This document shows, one piece after another, positions 1 to 1,421 of a stretch of DNA of 1,421 bases. The notes under the pieces were generated by a model. The model was not told the origin of the DNA and ran no database searches. It saw only the letters and a program-made list of their open reading frames with translations. Position 1 is the stretch's first letter. Every line of letters starts with the position of its first letter. This DNA comes from Naegleria gruberi (lineage: Eukaryota). Made by a program: the position numbers and the translations under genes. The stretch lies in NCBI GenBank assembly GCA_000004985.1, contig GG739427.1. One strand, written 5' to 3'.

Positions 1-35
1 TACTAACTAATTGCACTATAATTTTTGATAAAAAG

Positions 36-1421
36 ATGAACAACTTTATAACCAATATTTCTAAAATAGTACTACCTTGTAAAACTAAAGAAAATGAAAA
101 TGAATTACATAACCAAATTGAAAAATTAATTAATAGAGATATTGAATGTGAAGAAATTAAAAATATATTAATTAAATGTATTAATAGAATGATTCAAATA
201 GACTCTATGAAACGTATGAATTGTTATTATTATAAAAATATTATTTTAAATATAATCAAATATTTGAATGGTGAAATTAATGAAAATGAATTGAATATAA
301 ATTTAAATATATTAGAAAATGAAGATTGTGCTTATTCAGAATTTTCTAAATTTTCTTCACATTTTAATTTAGGAAATATTGAAAATGCTATTAATTTATA
401 TAATAATTTAATTAACAAGTATCCATGTACAGGTTTATATATAATGGGTGCACAATTATATATTCAATGTGGAGATTATCATAAATTTAAAGAATGTATT
501 AATTTAGCATATAATTTAGATAATAATTGTAAAGCTGTACATGTTTACAATGCAATTTATTATAAATCAATACATGATTATGAAAATTTAAATAATACGT
601 TAAATATATTAAATAATACAAATATTACATTTACAGAACCTACATTACATGTATTATTGTCATGGATTTTCTCTGATTTTAAAGTTTCTTATCCTAATTT
701 ACTATTCAATCAAACATTATATCCAAATAACAAATCAAACGAAAACAATATAAATTTAATATCAAATACAAATGATGACGAAGAAAAAGAAAAAAAATTA
801 AGAATTACAGTTCGTAATTACAAAAATAGAGCTTATTTATTTCAAAAAAATGTAAAAGGACGTTCTTTAACAGAAATTTTACAAATATGTAGAAAAAAGT
901 TTAACAATGACAAGATAGACACTCTATTGGATGATATTACTTATGAAATTGTTGTAAATGAAACAATGTTAATACATTTGAGAGAGTATACAGCAATAGA
1001 AAAAGAATTTATTGATCAATTTTTAAATGAAAATTTATCAATAATTAATAAGCCATTTCATCATTATCCAACAATTAATGCCTTAAAAACAAACATAAAA
1101 ATAGTGAGATGTAATAATGAATTGAAACTGAAAAAGTTAGTTGATATTCCTAATGATCAGGATATCAAAGATCCTAATATTAAAACTGTAGAAAAAGATT
1201 TTATTAATAGATGTGAAACAATTCAATCAATTAAATCTAATAATGTTATAGAATATTTAGAGTTTGGAATAGAGAGTAAAACAGTAGATAATATAATATA
1301 TTATATTATAATGCCAATAGCTATTTGTGATTTACGTACATATTGGTTTTCTAATTTTTTTATTTTTGATAGAACAATAGACAAGTTATTAAATTATTTT
1401 ATTCAAATTGCTAATGGAATT
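36..1421 (+). CDS. Partial CDS, 3'-truncated by the window and possibly also 5'-truncated. Hypothetical Asn/Ile/Lys-rich protein with TPR-like repeats and a putative ubiquitin-like beta-grasp segment. At least 462 aa are present in the window.
   Basis: Frame 3 has no TAA/TAG/TGA from nt 3 through nt 1421; I translated it codon by codon. The first ATG is at nt 36-38. No in-frame stop lies between nt 3 and nt 36, so the true start may be upstream of the window. Frames 1 and 2 carry frequent stops, for example TAA at nt 4-6. Sense-strand TTA/CTA/TCA triplets occur throughout, which makes long antisense ORFs unlikely. Codon usage is strongly A/T-ending and coherent across the ORF: AGA/CGT for Arg, TTA/TTG for Leu, GGT/GGA for Gly. 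TGG encodes Trp twice and no stop read-through is needed, so a Mycoplasma (TGA=Trp) or ciliate code is not required. Translation begins MNNFITNISKIVLPCKTKENENELHNQIEKLINRDIECEEIKNILIKC and continues to FDRTIDKLLNYFIQIANGI at the window edge. Confidence 0.85.
   Translation, partial: MNNFITNISKIVLPCKTKENENELHNQIEKLINRDIECEEIKNILIKCINRMIQIDSMKRMNCYYYKNIILNIIKYLNGEINENELNINLNILENEDCAYSEFSKFSSHFNLGNIENAINLYNNLINKYPCTGLYIMGAQLYIQCGDYHKFKECINLAYNLDNNCKAVHVYNAIYYKSIHDYENLNNTLNILNNTNITFTEPTLHVLLSWIFSDFKVSYPNLLFNQTLYPNNKSNENNINLISNTNDDEEKEKKLRITVRNYKNRAYLFQKNVKGRSLTEILQICRKKFNNDKIDTLLDDITYEIVVNETMLIHLREYTAIEKEFIDQFLNENLSIINKPFHHYPTINALKTNIKIVRCNNELKLKKLVDIPNDQDIKDPNIKTVEKDFINRCETIQSIKSNNVIEYLEFGIESKTVDNIIYYIIMPIAICDLRTYWFSNFFIFDRTIDKLLNYFIQIANGI
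324..632 (+). other. TPR-like helical repeat region within the CDS (aa ~97-199), with at least 2-3 repeats.
   Basis: aa 113-130, GNIENAINLYNNLINKYP, fits the second helix of a TPR ending in the canonical Pro (generic pattern G-Y-eA---Y-kAl-l-P). aa 131-164, CTGLYIMGAQLYIQCGDYHKFKECINLAYNLDNN, fits the 34-residue TPR pattern: L at position 4, M-G at 7-8, aromatic at 11/12, then G-D-Y..F/A...Y..L-D-NN mirroring the classic 'GDYeeAieyyekAlelDPnn'. aa 165-199, CKAVHVYNAIYYKSIHDYENLNNTLNILNNTNITF, is a weaker third repeat. This is a pattern match by eye, not a profile search. Confidence 0.5.
723..797 (+). repeat. Low-complexity Asn/Asp/Glu/Lys-rich linker (aa ~230-254, PNNKSNENNINLISNTNDDEEKEKK), encoded by A-rich DNA that includes an 8-nt poly-A run at nt 790-797.
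   Basis: It is read directly from the translation and lies between the TPR-like region and the beta-grasp-like segment. Homopolymer A runs sit at nt 784-788 (5 A) and nt 790-797 (8 A); another 7-A run is at nt 844-850. Confidence 0.7.
798..965 (+). other. Putative ubiquitin-like beta-grasp segment (Ras-binding/RA/PB1-like pattern), aa ~255-310.
   Basis: aa 255-310, LRITVRNYKNRAYLFQKNVKGRSLTEILQICRKKFNNDKIDTLLDDITYEIVVNE, shows alternating hydrophobic strands (LRITVR, then RAYLFQKNV), then Gly plus an amphipathic helix (GRSLTEILQICRKKF), then another strand (YEIVVNE). This beta1-beta2-alpha1-beta order is typical of ubiquitin-fold domains such as Raf-type RBD, RA and PB1. The G-x-S-L-x-x-x-L-x-x-x-x-K pattern resembles helix 1 of Raf RBD. 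No PB1 OPCA motif (D-x-D-G-D) is evident. Secondary-structure pattern only. Confidence 0.3.
1290..1421 (+). other. Hydrophobic, aromatic-rich C-terminal portion (aa ~419-462) that continues past the window; possibly a buried domain core or a membrane-associated segment.
   Basis: NIIYYIIMPIAICDLRTYWFSNFFIFDRTIDKLLNYFIQIANGI. Uninterrupted hydrophobic stretches are IIYYIIMPIAI (11 aa) and FSNFFIF; neither alone reaches the ~20 residues typical of a transmembrane helix. The ORF is still open at nt 1421. Confidence 0.25.

Noticed and set aside
17-22. TATAAT hexamer (a -10-like box) 14 nt upstream of the first ATG, as a possible bacterial promoter.
   Set aside because: TATAAT-like hexamers occur by chance many times in ~80% AT sequence. 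There is no recognisable -35 element or Shine-Dalgarno motif. The reading frame is also open through this position, so the coding region may simply continue upstream.
189-218. Alternative internal start codons (ATG at nt 189, 207, 216).
   Set aside because: All are in frame and downstream of an already open frame with coherent codon usage. Nothing such as a ribosome-binding site or a composition shift suggests translation starts internally rather than at or upstream of nt 36.
1-1421. Searched for CRISPR repeats, tRNA/rRNA-like GC-rich structured segments, IS terminal inverted repeats and intergenic terminator hairpins.
   Set aside because: The whole window is uniformly AT-rich coding sequence in one frame. 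I found no regularly spaced direct repeats, no GC-rich stem-loops and no second ORF.
1-1421. Possibility of a multi-gene anti-phage defence system or an operon.
   Set aside because: Only one continuous ORF is present, and neither an operon nor a defence island can be inferred from a single internal gene fragment. The protein's composition also looks eukaryotic-like. Claiming a novel system would be unsupported.
1290-1421. C-terminal hydrophobic stretch as a transmembrane helix.
   Set aside because: The uninterrupted hydrophobic runs, for example IIYYIIMPIAI at 11 aa, are shorter than a typical ~20-residue transmembrane helix. They are broken by charged residues (D, R) and are aromatic-rich, which fits a buried beta/alpha core equally well. 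The domain is also truncated by the window.

Overview
The window is about 18-20% GC by my hand count of several lines. Forward frame 3 is open without a stop from nt 3 to the window end at nt 1421. The first ATG is at nt 36, giving at least 462 codons. In sequence this AT-rich, random frames hit TAA/TAG/TGA roughly every 10-15 codons, so this is almost certainly one real protein-coding gene. It is truncated at its 3' end by the window and may also extend upstream. I see no second gene, RNA gene, CRISPR array or mobile element. The conceptual protein is about 15% Asn (70 of 462 by my count), rich in Ile, Lys and Tyr, and has 13 Cys (2.8%). There is no Shine-Dalgarno motif before the first ATG. 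Together with the extreme AT content, this composition looks more like a Plasmodium-type (apicomplexan or other AT-rich eukaryote) single-exon gene than a bacterial accessory gene, but I cannot prove that from sequence alone. By pattern only, the protein shows (i) an N-terminal helical region, (ii) at least 2-3 TPR-like helix-turn-helix repeats (aa ~97-199), (iii) an Asn/Asp/Glu/Lys low-complexity linker carried on poly-A tracts, (iv) a segment with a ubiquitin-like beta-grasp pattern similar to Ras-binding/PB1 folds (aa ~255-310), and (v) a hydrophobic, aromatic-rich C-terminal portion that continues beyond the window. I could not identify a known named protein family or a multi-gene system, and nothing here gives positive evidence of a defence or other accessory system.
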